Shown piece by piece: positions 28,781 through 38,146 of a stretch of 64,000 nt of DNA. The position numbers and the translations under genes are program-made. The DNA is from a bacterium. Its GTDB lineage: Bacteria > Patescibacteriota > Minisyncoccia > Phycocordibacterales > UBA2100. The notes under the pieces are model-generated. The model was not told the DNA's origin, made no database searches, and worked only from the letters and a program-made list of their open reading frames with translations. The stretch covers positions 6,625-70,624 of the forward strand of contig JAUSGQ010000029.1 in the NCBI GenBank assembly GCA_030674455.1, read 5' to 3'. Within the stretch, counting starts at the first letter, position 1. Each line of letters starts with the position of its first letter.

Positions 28781-29551
28781 CTAATCGCTGTTTTTTGCAG
28801 TTAACTGCAAAAAGACCTCCTCTAATTTCCCCCCGCGATAGCCCTGCTTTTGCGCCTTATCTTCGTCGTGCAGGGACAGAACCTCGTCCATTGTTCCCGA
28901 GGCGACGATAATTCCCTTATTGATGATGGCTACATGTTTGCAGAGCTGTTCCGCTTCTTCGAGATAATGAGTGGTGAGCAGAATGGTGACGCCGCGTTTG
29001 GTTAAGATATGTAGGTAATCCCACATTTCACGGCGCAGCTCCACATCGACGCCGGCCGTCGGCTCGTCGAGTATCAAAAATCGCGGCTTATGAATGAGTG
29101 CGCGCGCAATCAAAAGCCGGCGCTTCATTCCGCCGGAGAGCGACCAGCCGGTCTCGTTTCTTTTGTCGCCTATGCCGAGGTCCTTCAGCAACTGGTCCGC
29201 ATAGGGAATCGCGGTCTTGCGCGGGATTCCGTAGTATCCTCCCTGATTTACAACCACGTCGATACATTTTTCAAAGGGATTAAAATTGATTTCTTGCGGG
29301 ACGACGCCTATGTATGTGCGCGCCGCTTCGGAATCTTTTTCTATGTCGTAGCCAAACACGGATATGCTGCCGCCCGTTTTATTTACCAATCCGGTTACGA
29401 TGCCGATGATGGTGGTTTTTCCGGCGCCATTCGGGCCCAGAAGTGCGAAAAAATCGCCAGCAGGAATATCGAGCGACACGTCCTTCAGCGCTTCTGTGCC
29501 GTTACTATAAGTTTTCTTAAGATTCTTGATTGAAAGGGCAAGCGATGTCAT
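28781..29551 (-). CDS. ABC transporter ATP-binding protein (YadG-like)
   Basis: GPNGAGKTT, LSGGMKRR, LILDEPTAGVD, TTHYLEEAE. Confidence 0.93.
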   Translation of the reverse strand: MTSLALSIKNLKKTYSNGTEALKDVSLDIPAGDFFALLGPNGAGKTTIIGIVTGLVNKTGGSISVFGYDIEKDSEAARTYIGVVPQEINFNPFEKCIDVVVNQGGYYGIPRKTAIPYADQLLKDLGIGDKRNETGWSLSGGMKRRLLIARALIHKPRFLILDEPTAGVDVELRREMWDYLHILTKRGVTILLTTHYLEEAEQLCKHVAIINKGIIVASGTMDEVLSLHDEDKAQKQGYRGGKLEEVFLQLTAKNSD

Positions 29552-30288
29552 GAGTTAAGAGTTGGCAAAAGCTGTTCAATGTAGGAATAAGTTTCGCGAT
29601 AATCGGCCACCGCGTGCGTGGGTATTTTGCCTATGACCGTCTCGTCATTCCCACCTGGGAACAAGGCGTCGCCCACGTACACAGAATCTTCCCTCTTCCA
29701 CCCCATTTTTTCTATGAAGGCGGGTACGTTGTAGCCTTTATTCTTGCCAAATTCAAAGAAATCGAGGTTTGTAGTTCCACCAATACGAACTTCAACTCTT
29801 GTTTTTTCCAATGCCTTCACGTCGGCCGCCATGTCTTTGAGGAGCGCAATCCTTTTCTTGCCGCCCGGGTCAAAAGCATCTTTCTTATCGTGGTCTTCGT
29901 GATGGCCTATGAGCGAAAAAGCAATCTGCGAATCTCGATCTTCAACGATGTCGTTCTCGTCGCGCACTTTGAGATTCAATTGCTTACGCGCCTTTGCAAC
30001 GAATGCAAGAATCGCATCTTTCTGCTCTTTGGAAAGCGACCGGTTCCACAAAACCTTGCCATCGCGCGTTTCCGCGCGGTTGCCGTTTTGGCCGAGGATG
30101 TGATAAAGACCCTCGAGCTCCGGCCTCAAATGCTTTTTTATATCCTGCGCACCGTGGCCGGATACCACTGTGACATCAGCGCGTTCGCATAACTTCTTCA
30201 GAATCGGCGCATGTTCTGGCAGAATCAAAGACTTGCTCGGCGTGAGCGTGTTATCGAGGTCGAAGAAGACATGTTTCGTCATATTCAC
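29548..30288 (-). CDS. HAD-IIB family hydrolase (phosphomannomutase-like), second paralog
   Basis: FFDLDNTL, EDRDSQI, IGGTTNLD, NKG, YVGDALFPGGND. Confidence 0.85.
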   Translation of the reverse strand: MNMTKHVFFDLDNTLTPSKSLILPEHAPILKKLCERADVTVVSGHGAQDIKKHLRPELEGLYHILGQNGNRAETRDGKVLWNRSLSKEQKDAILAFVAKARKQLNLKVRDENDIVEDRDSQIAFSLIGHHEDHDKKDAFDPGGKKRIALLKDMAADVKALEKTRVEVRIGGTTNLDFFEFGKNKGYNVPAFIEKMGWKREDSVYVGDALFPGGNDETVIGKIPTHAVADYRETYSYIEQLLPTLNS

Positions 30289-30827
30289 AAATCCTTGAGA
30301 GGTAGGCCGTTAATGAAATCTTTCTTTCCTATATCAACGCCATTTTTGCGGAGAATTGAATAGGCGGTAACGATATGAAAATAGAAATTCGGTAGCAAGT
30401 ATTCTGTAGCATACTCGAAGCCGGTGGCATATCTATTCTTCCAATAGGGAAGTGTTATCTTAATTTCTTCTTTTCCGATAATTTGCTCCGGTTTGATCGT
30501 CTTCAGAAATGCTATCGTCTTTTCGATGCGCGCCTTGAGTTCATCCACCGTTTTCTCGTTATCCTCGTAGACGGGAATTTCTACCTCTGCGAGCCGCGCC
30601 GCGCCTCCTTTTGCATTGTCGCAGGCGATTTGCACCTGCCGGATGAAATGAAACTGGTCGAAGACGAGCCGGTCGTTCAAGAGCGAAGCGAGATGTTTTG
30701 AGCCGGGGTGGCGTTCTGTTCCTCTGGATTCTGCGTGAGCGATGGCCTTATCCATTATTTTGGGGAGCATCGAAAGCGCCTTAATCATCGGCGGGACAGT
30801 GACCGCGTAGAGGTTTGTCTGCTGCAT
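30285..30827 (-). CDS. DUF1993 family protein
   Basis: RL..DQF..IRQVQIACDNAK...ARL, LPNFYFHIVTAYSILR.NGVDIGKKDF. Confidence 0.88.
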   Translation of the reverse strand: MQQTNLYAVTVPPMIKALSMLPKIMDKAIAHAESRGTERHPGSKHLASLLNDRLVFDQFHFIRQVQIACDNAKGGAARLAEVEIPVYEDNEKTVDELKARIEKTIAFLKTIKPEQIIGKEEIKITLPYWKNRYATGFEYATEYLLPNFYFHIVTAYSILRKNGVDIGKKDFINGLPLKDL

Positions 30828-30838
30828 ATCACCATTCA

Positions 30839-31417
30839 CTACCCGTTTTGCTTCTCCCAATAACTTGCGGATGCCGAGACATATTCCGCAACCCGTCTTT
30901 CGGCTTCGGCCGCGAAGCGGGTTGCCATTTGTTCGCGCTCATTTTCCGGCGAACCGCTTGCAAGCCACTTTTCCAGAACATCAATTTGTTTAGGATTTGA
31001 AAGCGCGAGGCGGCGGCCTTTGGCCGCCGCCCGCAGAAGCGTCGGGCCGCCGATGTCCGTTTTTTCGATAACGCTTGCGGATGTCGCTTTTGGATCTTGA
31101 GTTTCTTTCTCAAGCGGATAGAGATTCACGTAGACCAAATCAATGTTCGCAATATTAAGCCGCTTTAGCTCGGCAAAGTCCTCGGGTGTTGAGGCAAGAA
31201 GTCCGGCATATATTTCTCTCGAGAGCGTAACAACGCTATGTCCTAAGATTGGAGCCCCTATGGTGTCTGCGACATCTTTGCACGGAATGTTATTTTGCTT
31301 TAAATAGCTTGTGGTTCCGGCAGAAGCCAAAATGTTCCATCCATTCTTAATCAACGCCTGCGCTAGGCGCAAGAGAGGCTCATTTTTTTCGTAGGAGGTG
31401 AGAAGCGCGGTTTTCAT
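30839..31417 (-). CDS. Stand-alone IMP cyclohydrolase (PurH N-terminal MGS domain only)
   Basis: ILASAGTT, GHSVVTL..EIYAGLL, IDLVYVNLYP, IEKTDIGGPTLLRAAAKG; no transformylase domain. Confidence 0.8.
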   Translation of the reverse strand: MKTALLTSYEKNEPLLRLAQALIKNGWNILASAGTTSYLKQNNIPCKDVADTIGAPILGHSVVTLSREIYAGLLASTPEDFAELKRLNIANIDLVYVNLYPLEKETQDPKATSASVIEKTDIGGPTLLRAAAKGRRLALSNPKQIDVLEKWLASGSPENEREQMATRFAAEAERRVAEYVSASASYWEKQNG

Positions 31418-31429
31418 AGTCAGATTCTA

Positions 31430-31870
31430 TCACACACCCAATTCCTTTTTTCCCGCTACTGCTATTAATGCTTCATAAAGATTGCGACCCCACGTCGTTC
31501 TTTGCAGAAGCCAACCATAGTTGATTAGTTCAGGAAATCCAAAGTAAATTTGAGCTATTATTTCCTTTCTTCCTGTTCCGGCAGTTTCGGCCTCGTTCAC
31601 TCTTTGATAGATATTCTTCACTGCCTCAAGAACTTTTGCGGGAGAAGTATGGCTCGTTATCAACTCAAGCCCTTGCCTCCTTTTCGGTAACAAGTTTCGA
31701 GCAAAAAGCTTCAATCTGCCATCTCTACTATGAGATAGATCAGTCAGCCGCTTAACTTCTGAACGCAACTCGTGAATTGCTCGGACTACATCTGCTTCAG
31801 ATAAGTTAAATGGCTCGGACCCAACTATAGGTCGGATGATTTCCTGACTGTTTTTTAATACCTCAATCAC
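31430..31870 (-). CDS. Hypothetical protein
   Basis: 146-aa ORF co-oriented between the SPFH gene and the purH-like gene. Confidence 0.55.
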   Translation of the reverse strand: MIEVLKNSQEIIRPIVGSEPFNLSEADVVRAIHELRSEVKRLTDLSHSRDGRLKLFARNLLPKRRQGLELITSHTSPAKVLEAVKNIYQRVNEAETAGTGRKEIIAQIYFGFPELINYGWLLQRTTWGRNLYEALIAVAGKKELGV

Positions 31871-31880
31871 ATCCCACAGT

Positions 31881-32645
31881 TTACCTTGCGACGGAGTCTT
31901 TTTTAAGCAATGAAATGGCCTCGGAAACGGTGGTCATGAATTGTGCGGGAAAGATAATAGTGGAATTCTTTTCCACGGATATCTCCGCCATAGTTTGAAG
32001 CGTGCGCAATTGAAGCGCGACAGGGTGTTTGGCGATGATGTCGGCGGCTTCGCCCAATTTAACAGCTGCCTGGAATTCGCCTTCGGCGGCGACAATCTTT
32101 GCGCGCCGCTCTCTTTCCGCCTCCGCTTCCTTTGCCATCGCTCGTTGCATATTGTCGGGCAGAGCGATGTCTTTGATTTCCACTGCTGTAACTTGAGCGC
32201 CCCACGGCTCCGTGTGAGCATCTATCACATTCTTAATCTGTTCGTTTATCTTTAATGTCTCCGAAAGGAGTTGGTCGAGGCTGAATTGGCCGACGACATT
32301 GCGCACGGTGGTTTGCGATATCTGGTTGGTCGCATCGTACACATCTTCTATCGCAATCACCGCCTTTTCAGGGTTTGTGACTTTGTAGTAGGCGACGGCA
32401 GCAATATCAATGGAAACGTTGTCACGGGTGATGATTTTTTGAGATGCTATTTGCATCGTGACCGTGCGCAGGGAAACGCGCGTCATCAGCTGAAAGGGAA
32501 CAAAAATCAGTCGAAAACCGGGCTCGCGCACGCCGGTGAATTTGCCGAGGAGGAATACCACGCCCCTTTCGTATTGTTTAACAACTCGAATACAAGCGAG
32601 AAGATATAGAAAGACTAACGAAAGGATAAAGTATCCCGCATCCAT
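31881..32645 (-). CDS. SPFH/stomatin (slipin) family protein
   Basis: [51 protein letters not shown]. Confidence 0.93.
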   Translation of the reverse strand: MDAGYFILSLVFLYLLACIRVVKQYERGVVFLLGKFTGVREPGFRLIFVPFQLMTRVSLRTVTMQIASQKIITRDNVSIDIAAVAYYKVTNPEKAVIAIEDVYDATNQISQTTVRNVVGQFSLDQLLSETLKINEQIKNVIDAHTEPWGAQVTAVEIKDIALPDNMQRAMAKEAEAERERRAKIVAAEGEFQAAVKLGEAADIIAKHPVALQLRTLQTMAEISVEKNSTIIFPAQFMTTVSEAISLLKKDSVAR

Positions 32646-32707
32646 AGGGTCATTATTTCATGCTAAATGTGGCGGTGCAACCCACTATCGTGTTATTCTG
32701 ATTTGTG

Positions 32708-33163
32708 ATGAAAGACGGGAAAAAGGTGGGAATAACTGCGGGGGCGTTCGACTTATGCCACGCTGGACACATGATAGTGTTCAAGGAGGCAAAAATGGTC
32801 TGCGACTATCTAATAGTGGCGCTTCAGGACGACCCATCGGACACAACATCTGATTACCGCGGGAAGAAAAAGAATAAGCCGATAATGTCGCTTGAGGAGC
32901 GCAAGATGATTTTGGAGGGAATCCGCTACGTGGATGAGGTGATAGTTTACCATTCGGAGGAAGACCTTCATGAACTGCTTGTCAGTTTAAAGCCGGATAT
33001 TCGCATCATCGGTATCGACTGGAAAGGTAAGAAATACACAGGGTACGAACTTCCTATAGAAATGCACTATAATTCTCGCAGCCATGACTTTTCAACGTCG
33101 GCCCTGCGGAAGCGCGTTTATGAAGCAGAGTTGCAAAAGATGAAGGAGGAAGAGGAGCGCTAA
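32708..33163 (+). CDS. Cytidylyltransferase (TagD/RfaE-like HIGH family)
   Basis: GAFDLCHAGH, DYLIVAL, KPIMSLEER, YVDEV, FSTS. Confidence 0.85.
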   Translation: MKDGKKVGITAGAFDLCHAGHMIVFKEAKMVCDYLIVALQDDPSDTTSDYRGKKKNKPIMSLEERKMILEGIRYVDEVIVYHSEEDLHELLVSLKPDIRIIGIDWKGKKYTGYELPIEMHYNSRSHDFSTSALRKRVYEAELQKMKEEEER

Positions 33164-33298
33164 CGCCAGATTTTACTGTTTTCGCCAGGTATTAAGCTCT
33201 CTATTGAGCGGTGGATAACTCTGTGGCGCGTGAATGCGTTTTGACTCATACTTTGTATACGAAATTGGTCGACTTACAAATATAATAAATTTCACAAT

Positions 33299-33502
33299 AT
33301 GAACTTACACGCAATCGCATTCATTCTCCTCATCGTCGGTGGTCTGAACTGGGGTCTTTCGGCGGTCGGCCTGAATGTTGTCAACTTGATCGTTGGCAGC
33401 TGGCCGATAGTCGAGCAGATCGTCTACATTTTGGTAGGCCTTGCAGCTATCTACGAAGCTGTGACGTACAAACAGCACTTTGCTGCCGGAGCAACTGTAT
33501 AA
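33299..33502 (+). CDS. DUF378 small membrane protein
   Basis: LLIVGGLNWGL...VYILVGLAAIY. Confidence 0.88.
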   Translation: MNLHAIAFILLIVGGLNWGLSAVGLNVVNLIVGSWPIVEQIVYILVGLAAIYEAVTYKQHFAAGATV

Positions 33503-33520
33503 GGTTGAACCGTCGTTTTT

Positions 33521-33552
33521 ACACAGGCCGCGCAAGCGGCCTGTGTGTTTTT
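33521..33552. terminator. Intrinsic terminator between convergent DUF378 and mntH
   Basis: acacaggccgc-gcaa-gcggcctgtgt followed by a T-run. Confidence 0.75.
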
Positions 33553-33556
33553 GCAC

Positions 33557-34873
33557 CTACCCAAATAGGTTATATAGAAGCCATAGGTTCAGCACGACGA
33601 TGAACCCTGCAAGGGCGTATGAGGCAACTTTGAGCCATGATTTATTCACAAAAGCACCCATTTTCTCCCTGTTGCTCGTAAACATAACAAGCGGTATTAC
33701 CGCGAAAGGCAACTGAATGCTCAAAATGACCTGGCTCAAAATCAGCAGTTTACCGACGCCGAAGTCTCTAAAATACAGAATTACCGCAAGCGCCGGGATT
33801 ATGGCGAGCGAGCGTGTCATGAGCCGTTGAATCCACGGCTTGAGCTTTAAGTTCAAAAACCCTTCCATAATGATTTGCCCGGTAAGAGTTCCCGTAAGGG
33901 TGGAATTTTGGCCGGACGCGAGAAGCGCGAGAGCAAACACAATACTAGCGCCGGAGGCACCGAGAAGCGGAGAAAGCAATTTGTAAGCCTCTGATATATC
34001 ATTTACATCCTGATAACCGGAAAAGTGAAAGGTAGCTGCTGAAACTATCAAAATAGCGGCATTCACGAAAAACGCTCCCGATAGTGCAATTACCGTATCT
34101 ATGGTGGCGAACTTGACTGCCTCTTTCTTGCCTTCTAAATCGCGCTCGAACCGGCGCGTCTGCACGATAGAGGAGTGGAGGAACAAATTGTGGGGCATAA
34201 CGGTCGCGCCTATTATGCCGAGCGCGATATAAAGCATTTCTTTATCGGAGAAAATAGCGGCGGAAGGAATAAATCCCGCCAGAAGCGGCGCGATTTCGGG
34301 GCGCGATAAGAATAACTCAAGCCCGAATGCGACGACGATGGTGCTGATGAGAACGATGATGAGCGCCTCAAGATAGCGAAACCCTTTTTTCTGCAGCATT
34401 AAAATGAGCAGAACATCCGCCGCGGTGATTATTACGCCGATTGCAAGCGGAATGTTGAACAGAAGATTGAGGGCGATTGCCGAACCGATGACTTCCGCGA
34501 GGTCGCACGCAATTATCATGATTTGCGCCATAAGCCACAAAAAGAGCCGCACCGGCTTTCTGTAGCTCTCTCGACAGGCTTGTGCGAGGTCGCGGCCTGT
34601 TGCAATTCCGAGTTTCAGCGCGAGATGCTGAAGAAGGATTGCCATTAAACTTGAAAGCAATACTACGAATAAGAGGGAATAGCCGAACTTTGCGCCGCCT
34701 GCGAGGTCGGTCGCCCAGTTGCCAGGGTCCATATAACCAACGGCGACTAAATATCCCGGGCCGGAAAATGCCAGAAGTTTGCGCAGGAAAGATGCGCCGG
34801 GCGGGACGTGTATGGAACTATGCACCTCCGAAAGGCTCTTTTGTTCTTCTTCTATAAATGCGCCTGCGCTCAT
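33557..34873 (-). CDS. mntH: Nramp Mn2+/Fe2+ transporter
   Basis: GYMDPGNWATD, ACDLAEVIGSA, GATVMPHNLFLHS, SGQNST.TGT..GQIIMEGF. Confidence 0.96.
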   Translation of the reverse strand: MSAGAFIEEEQKSLSEVHSSIHVPPGASFLRKLLAFSGPGYLVAVGYMDPGNWATDLAGGAKFGYSLLFVVLLSSLMAILLQHLALKLGIATGRDLAQACRESYRKPVRLFLWLMAQIMIIACDLAEVIGSAIALNLLFNIPLAIGVIITAADVLLILMLQKKGFRYLEALIIVLISTIVVAFGLELFLSRPEIAPLLAGFIPSAAIFSDKEMLYIALGIIGATVMPHNLFLHSSIVQTRRFERDLEGKKEAVKFATIDTVIALSGAFFVNAAILIVSAATFHFSGYQDVNDISEAYKLLSPLLGASGASIVFALALLASGQNSTLTGTLTGQIIMEGFLNLKLKPWIQRLMTRSLAIIPALAVILYFRDFGVGKLLILSQVILSIQLPFAVIPLVMFTSNREKMGAFVNKSWLKVASYALAGFIVVLNLWLLYNLFG

Positions 34874-34984
34874 CTCATTAGAAATAGGTTGCGGAAACAC
34901 ACCGTCCCCCTTCGCCTATTTGATTACGACTAATAATGTTTTCCTGCATGCAATATAATTGTTAATCCGCAATTTCTAACGGGA
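34873..34984. repeat. ~110-bp element with imperfect terminal IRs (CCCGTTAGAAAT family) between mntR and mntH
   Basis: tctcattagaaat..tgcgga / tccgca-atttctaacggga; same ends as the purL insert cccgttaga...tctaacggg. Confidence 0.6.
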
Positions 34985-34991
34985 CAGGTAT

Positions 34992-35411
34992 TCAATTCAC
35001 GCGTGGAATCTGCATTCCGTGCGGGTCATTCTTCGGACTCCCCAAAAAGCAATGCAATCGTTTCGCGACTTCGTCGCTCACGCCGTGTTCAAGCCGGTTT
35101 GCCTCGGCATGCACCTTTGAGCGGGGGACTTTGAGCGTGGAGTGCAGGAATACTTCTATAATACGGTGTTTGAAGGTTAATGATTGTGCGATTTTCTGCC
35201 CGCGCGGAGTAAGTGTAATGGATGCATATTTGTGGGGGACTACGAGGCCGTCGCGCATCAGGTCCTTTAGGCGTTCTGAAACGGTGGACTTGCTCAAATG
35301 CAAATACTTGGCCGTCTCGGTCGTGGATGCTCGGCCGCCGTGCCTCTCCTGCAAAAGATATATCGCCCGCAAATAATCTTCCCGTGTCGCACTGATAGTC
35401 TTTGCCCGCAT
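34992..35411 (-). CDS. mntR: DtxR/MntR metal-dependent repressor
   Basis: EDYLRAIY, KSTVSE.LK.L, KHRIIEVFL, EANRLEH, DPHG..IP. Confidence 0.92.
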   Translation of the reverse strand: MRAKTISATREDYLRAIYLLQERHGGRASTTETAKYLHLSKSTVSERLKDLMRDGLVVPHKYASITLTPRGQKIAQSLTFKHRIIEVFLHSTLKVPRSKVHAEANRLEHGVSDEVAKRLHCFLGSPKNDPHGMQIPRVN

Positions 35412-35435
35412 AATGTTCGTATATACGAACATTAT
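35410..35435. promoter_or_regulatory. 26-bp perfect palindrome: probable MntR operator
   Basis: ataatgttcgtat|atacgaacattat overlaps the mntR start codon; TTCG-N6-CGAA core; TTGACG boxes just upstream. Confidence 0.75.
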
Positions 35436-35524
35436 CAAACTCGTCAATAAACGTCAATGGGGAAAAGAGAGAGCCGCCGGAGAAACCAAGCATTTGGTGG
35501 TTTCCCCAGCGGCACGACAGTGAA

Positions 35525-35920
35525 TTAACACTCACATAATTCACCGTTGTAGTGGTGGTGTACTAGTTGAACACCACTGGCTTCGCACGCGGGCTTAAGG
35601 TACTTAAAAGCTTCGCGAGGCAAAAGCAGCGCAGTGTTCTGCAACCGTATTCCACTCAAGGCGTCTACCGGAGTGGAGCCCACAGAAAACTCCAAGGGCT
35701 CAACTCCGTTGGAATTCTTTCTGTAGGTTCTAGCCACCCAATGCGAACGTCCTCCCTGCCATTTTTGTTGCAGAAATCCAAATCGAGTGAAAAACAGAGG
35801 CGACTTAGATGCCCACATGAACCCATCGCTCACTTCGAGCGATTTTTTAGAATTTGGCGGAGTCGCATTCCATGCGATCCACTCCGCCGTTACAGCTAAA
35901 AGAGCCGGTTGCTGTTGCAT
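35525..35920 (-). CDS. Orphan hypothetical protein
   Basis: ORF with SD-like gggga before MQQQ; hairpin terminator at ~35460-35515. Confidence 0.55.
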   Translation of the reverse strand: MQQQPALLAVTAEWIAWNATPPNSKKSLEVSDGFMWASKSPLFFTRFGFLQQKWQGGRSHWVARTYRKNSNGVEPLEFSVGSTPVDALSGIRLQNTALLLPREAFKYLKPACEASGVQLVHHHYNGELCEC

Positions 35921-35964
35921 GACTATTCCCCATATCAAAGTTGCAATACTTGCAACGTGCGTTT

Positions 35965-36112
35965 CGGTTGCCGATGTTCTGGCCTACGCGAATGGAAACA
36001 GTAAAGGCACAGACGGTCAAACAAAATGAGTGCATAACTATTGAGATAATCAAAGTTTTCTTCAGAATTGAGAAGGCGTCCAGTTTGTGTTATGTATATG
36101 GCAGCGGACGAG
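35965..36112. repeat. ~150-bp dispersed direct repeat (bidirectional-promoter-like), copy A
   Basis: Highly similar to 37036-37186. Confidence 0.9.
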
Positions 36113-36265
36113 ACGTTATTTTTTTTGGTGAGTCCATTAAAGAGGAGAGCAGCGTGCATATTTTATTCGCGGGGAAAAGGGAAAAGGTGTCAGGAATCTT
36201 TTGTTGGAAAAGAAAAGGCAAGAAAAGGTGTCAGGAACCTTTTGTTGATATGGTATAGTACACAA

Positions 36266-36940
36266 ATGGGAAGAGCGCTTCGTACTGATGTCGGAGGTTA
36301 TGTGTACCATGTATTAAATCGAGCGAACGCTCGCTCGACGATATTCAGGACAAAGGCAGATTACGAGTTGTTTGAAAAGGTGCTTGAAGAGGCCAAGGAA
36401 TTAATCGGCATGAGAATTCTTGCGTACTGCATCATGCCAAATCACTGGCATCTCGTGCTGTATCCCAAGAGTGATGGCGATTTGTCGAAGTTTGTTAATT
36501 GGCTGACGTTAACGCACACCCAACGCTGGCATGCCGCACATAATACGATTGGACACGGCCACTTGTATCAAGGGCGATACAAATCATTTCTGTGCGAGGA
36601 TGATGTTCACTTTATTCATCTCGTGCGATATGTGGAGCGTAATGCTTTACGAGCCAATCTTGCGCCTCGGGCAGAGGATTGGCGATGGGGAAGTGCGTGG
36701 CGACGGATTAACGGTACCGCGAAGCAGAAAGAATTGCTCGGTTCATGGCCGGTGCATATGCCGCAACGATATGTTGAACTCTTGAATCATCCGCAATCGG
36801 AGGAAGAAGTTAATGCGATGCGGCGGGCAGTTACCCGTGGCAATCCGTATGGTTCAGACGAATGGATAGAAAGGATGATAAAGAAGTTCCGTCTCGAAAC
36901 AACGGTTCGTTCGAGGGGCAGACCAAGAAAAGGTTCCTGA
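36266..36940 (+). mobile_element. RAYT/Y1 HUH transposase, copy 2 (different subfamily), within 22-bp inverted repeats 36222-36243 / 36928-36949
   Basis: YHVLNRAN, AYCIMPNHWHL, GHLYQGRYKS, RYVERN, WRWGS, RGRPRK; IR gaaaaggtgtcaggaacctttt plus extra partial copies. Confidence 0.9.
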
Positions 36941-37035
36941 CACCTTTTCCCTGACACCTTTTCCACCTTTTCTCCCACTGACACCTTTTCTCCTCCCCAA
37001 TGAGGAAAGTTTCCTGCGATTTCCGTCGCAGAATA

Positions 37036-37186
37036 CGGTTGCCAATGTTTCTGGCCTGAATAAATGGAAACAGTAAAGACACAGACGGTCAAACAAAATG
37101 AGTGCATAACTATTGAGCTATGGTCAAAGTTCTTTGCCGAATTGAGAACGCGTCCAGTTTGTGTTATGTATATGGCAGCGGACGAG
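37036..37186. repeat. ~150-bp dispersed direct repeat, copy B
   Basis: Matches 35965-36112. Confidence 0.9.
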
Positions 37187-37235
37187 GTCTGATTTCGTCC
37201 TCGAACATCCCGTCACTTTATGGAAGGACAGCACC

Positions 37236-37616
37236 ATGCATAACCTGCGTGTTTTAGTTGTCGAGGACAACAACGATGATCGGATATTGGTCGTCCGAGC
37301 ATTGGAGGGAAAAGTCTCGACGCTGGATGTTACATCCAGTGTAGAAGAGGCGATGCCGCGACTCAGTAGTTGGCGGTACGACGTAATAGTGGCAGACCTT
37401 AGTCGTCCGCCTGGGTTTTCGGGTTTTGACCTACTGAAGATAATCGCAGGATCTATTGATGCCGCTTTCATTGTCCTTTTGGACGACGAAGATGAGGAAG
37501 TAGAGCAAGCGGTCGCACTAGGCGCGGTTCGCGTCGGCAAGGAATTGGATGGAAGGATGGCCGGGCTCGTCGCGGCCCTGGAACAAATAGCGGCTCGGAA
37601 GGAAGCTGGGCAATAA
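37236..37616 (+). CDS. Single-domain response regulator (divergent receiver)
   Basis: VLVVEDNNDD, YDVIVADL.RP...GFDLL, ALGA...VGK. Confidence 0.75.
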   Translation: MHNLRVLVVEDNNDDRILVVRALEGKVSTLDVTSSVEEAMPRLSSWRYDVIVADLSRPPGFSGFDLLKIIAGSIDAAFIVLLDDEDEEVEQAVALGAVRVGKELDGRMAGLVAALEQIAARKEAGQ

Positions 37617-37696
37617 TAGCCGCCGTGGAAAAGCGGAGGGAAAAGCCAAACGGCAGATCTCTTCCAAGACCGGCGGCTTTTCTCTTTTTAAACATT

Positions 37697-37737
37697 CAAA
37701 AAGCCACCGCCCTCCGAAGGAGGGCGGTGGCTTTTTG
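37697..37737. terminator. Bidirectional intrinsic terminator
   Basis: caaaaagccaccgccctcc-gaa-ggagggcggtggctttttg. Confidence 0.85.
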
Positions 37738-37753
37738 CTCAAACAAACGAAAA

Positions 37754-37906
37754 CTATTTCTTATTGCCCAAAATCTTGAACATTCCGGTGCCGCACACGG
37801 TGCAGGAACCCTTGAGCGCCCTGCGGCCGTTCTTCATCTCCACCTCGGCCGCATCCTTGATGTCTCTCTTCTCCTTGCATTTCACACAATATCCTTGCTC
37901 TGCCAT
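37754..37906 (-). CDS. DUF5679-type zinc-ribbon small protein (50 aa; not in the ORF track)
   Basis: Manual translation MAEQGYCVKCKEKRDIKDAAEVEMKNGRRALKGSCTVCGTGMFKILGNKK (2x CxxC). Confidence 0.85.
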   Translation of the reverse strand: MAEQGYCVKCKEKRDIKDAAEVEMKNGRRALKGSCTVCGTGMFKILGNKK

Positions 37907-37992
37907 AGATTCTTAATATTAAACGTTATTAATAAGCTTGGCCATATTGTATACCCCGCTTGCGTGATATGCCACAAGGCGTTATAGGCCAC

Positions 37993-38112
37993 AAATTTGC
38001 AAAACCCAATTTGCAATTTGCAAAAGAAATTTCAATTTTCAAAGCGGTTTTGCCGTTTGATTCTTGTAGTTTTTGATTTCTTTGCAAATTGATTTTTGGA
38101 GCTTGCAAATTC
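37993..38112. repeat. AATTTGCA-arm element, copy 2
   Basis: Shares both arms with 11229-11352. Confidence 0.85.
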
Positions 38113-38146
38113 TGGGAATTCCGAAGGAGAAACTGGGAGTGGCTCT

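Noticed and set aside
34874-34990. yybP-ykoY Mn riboswitch upstream of mntH
   Set aside because: No recognisable consensus by eye; the segment is better explained by a CCCGTTAGAAAT-type inverted-repeat element. An Rfam scan would settle it.
35410-35435. mntR palindrome as another mobile cassette repeat
   Set aside because: It is single-copy, and its position and TTCG-N6-CGAA core fit an ordinary DtxR-family operator.
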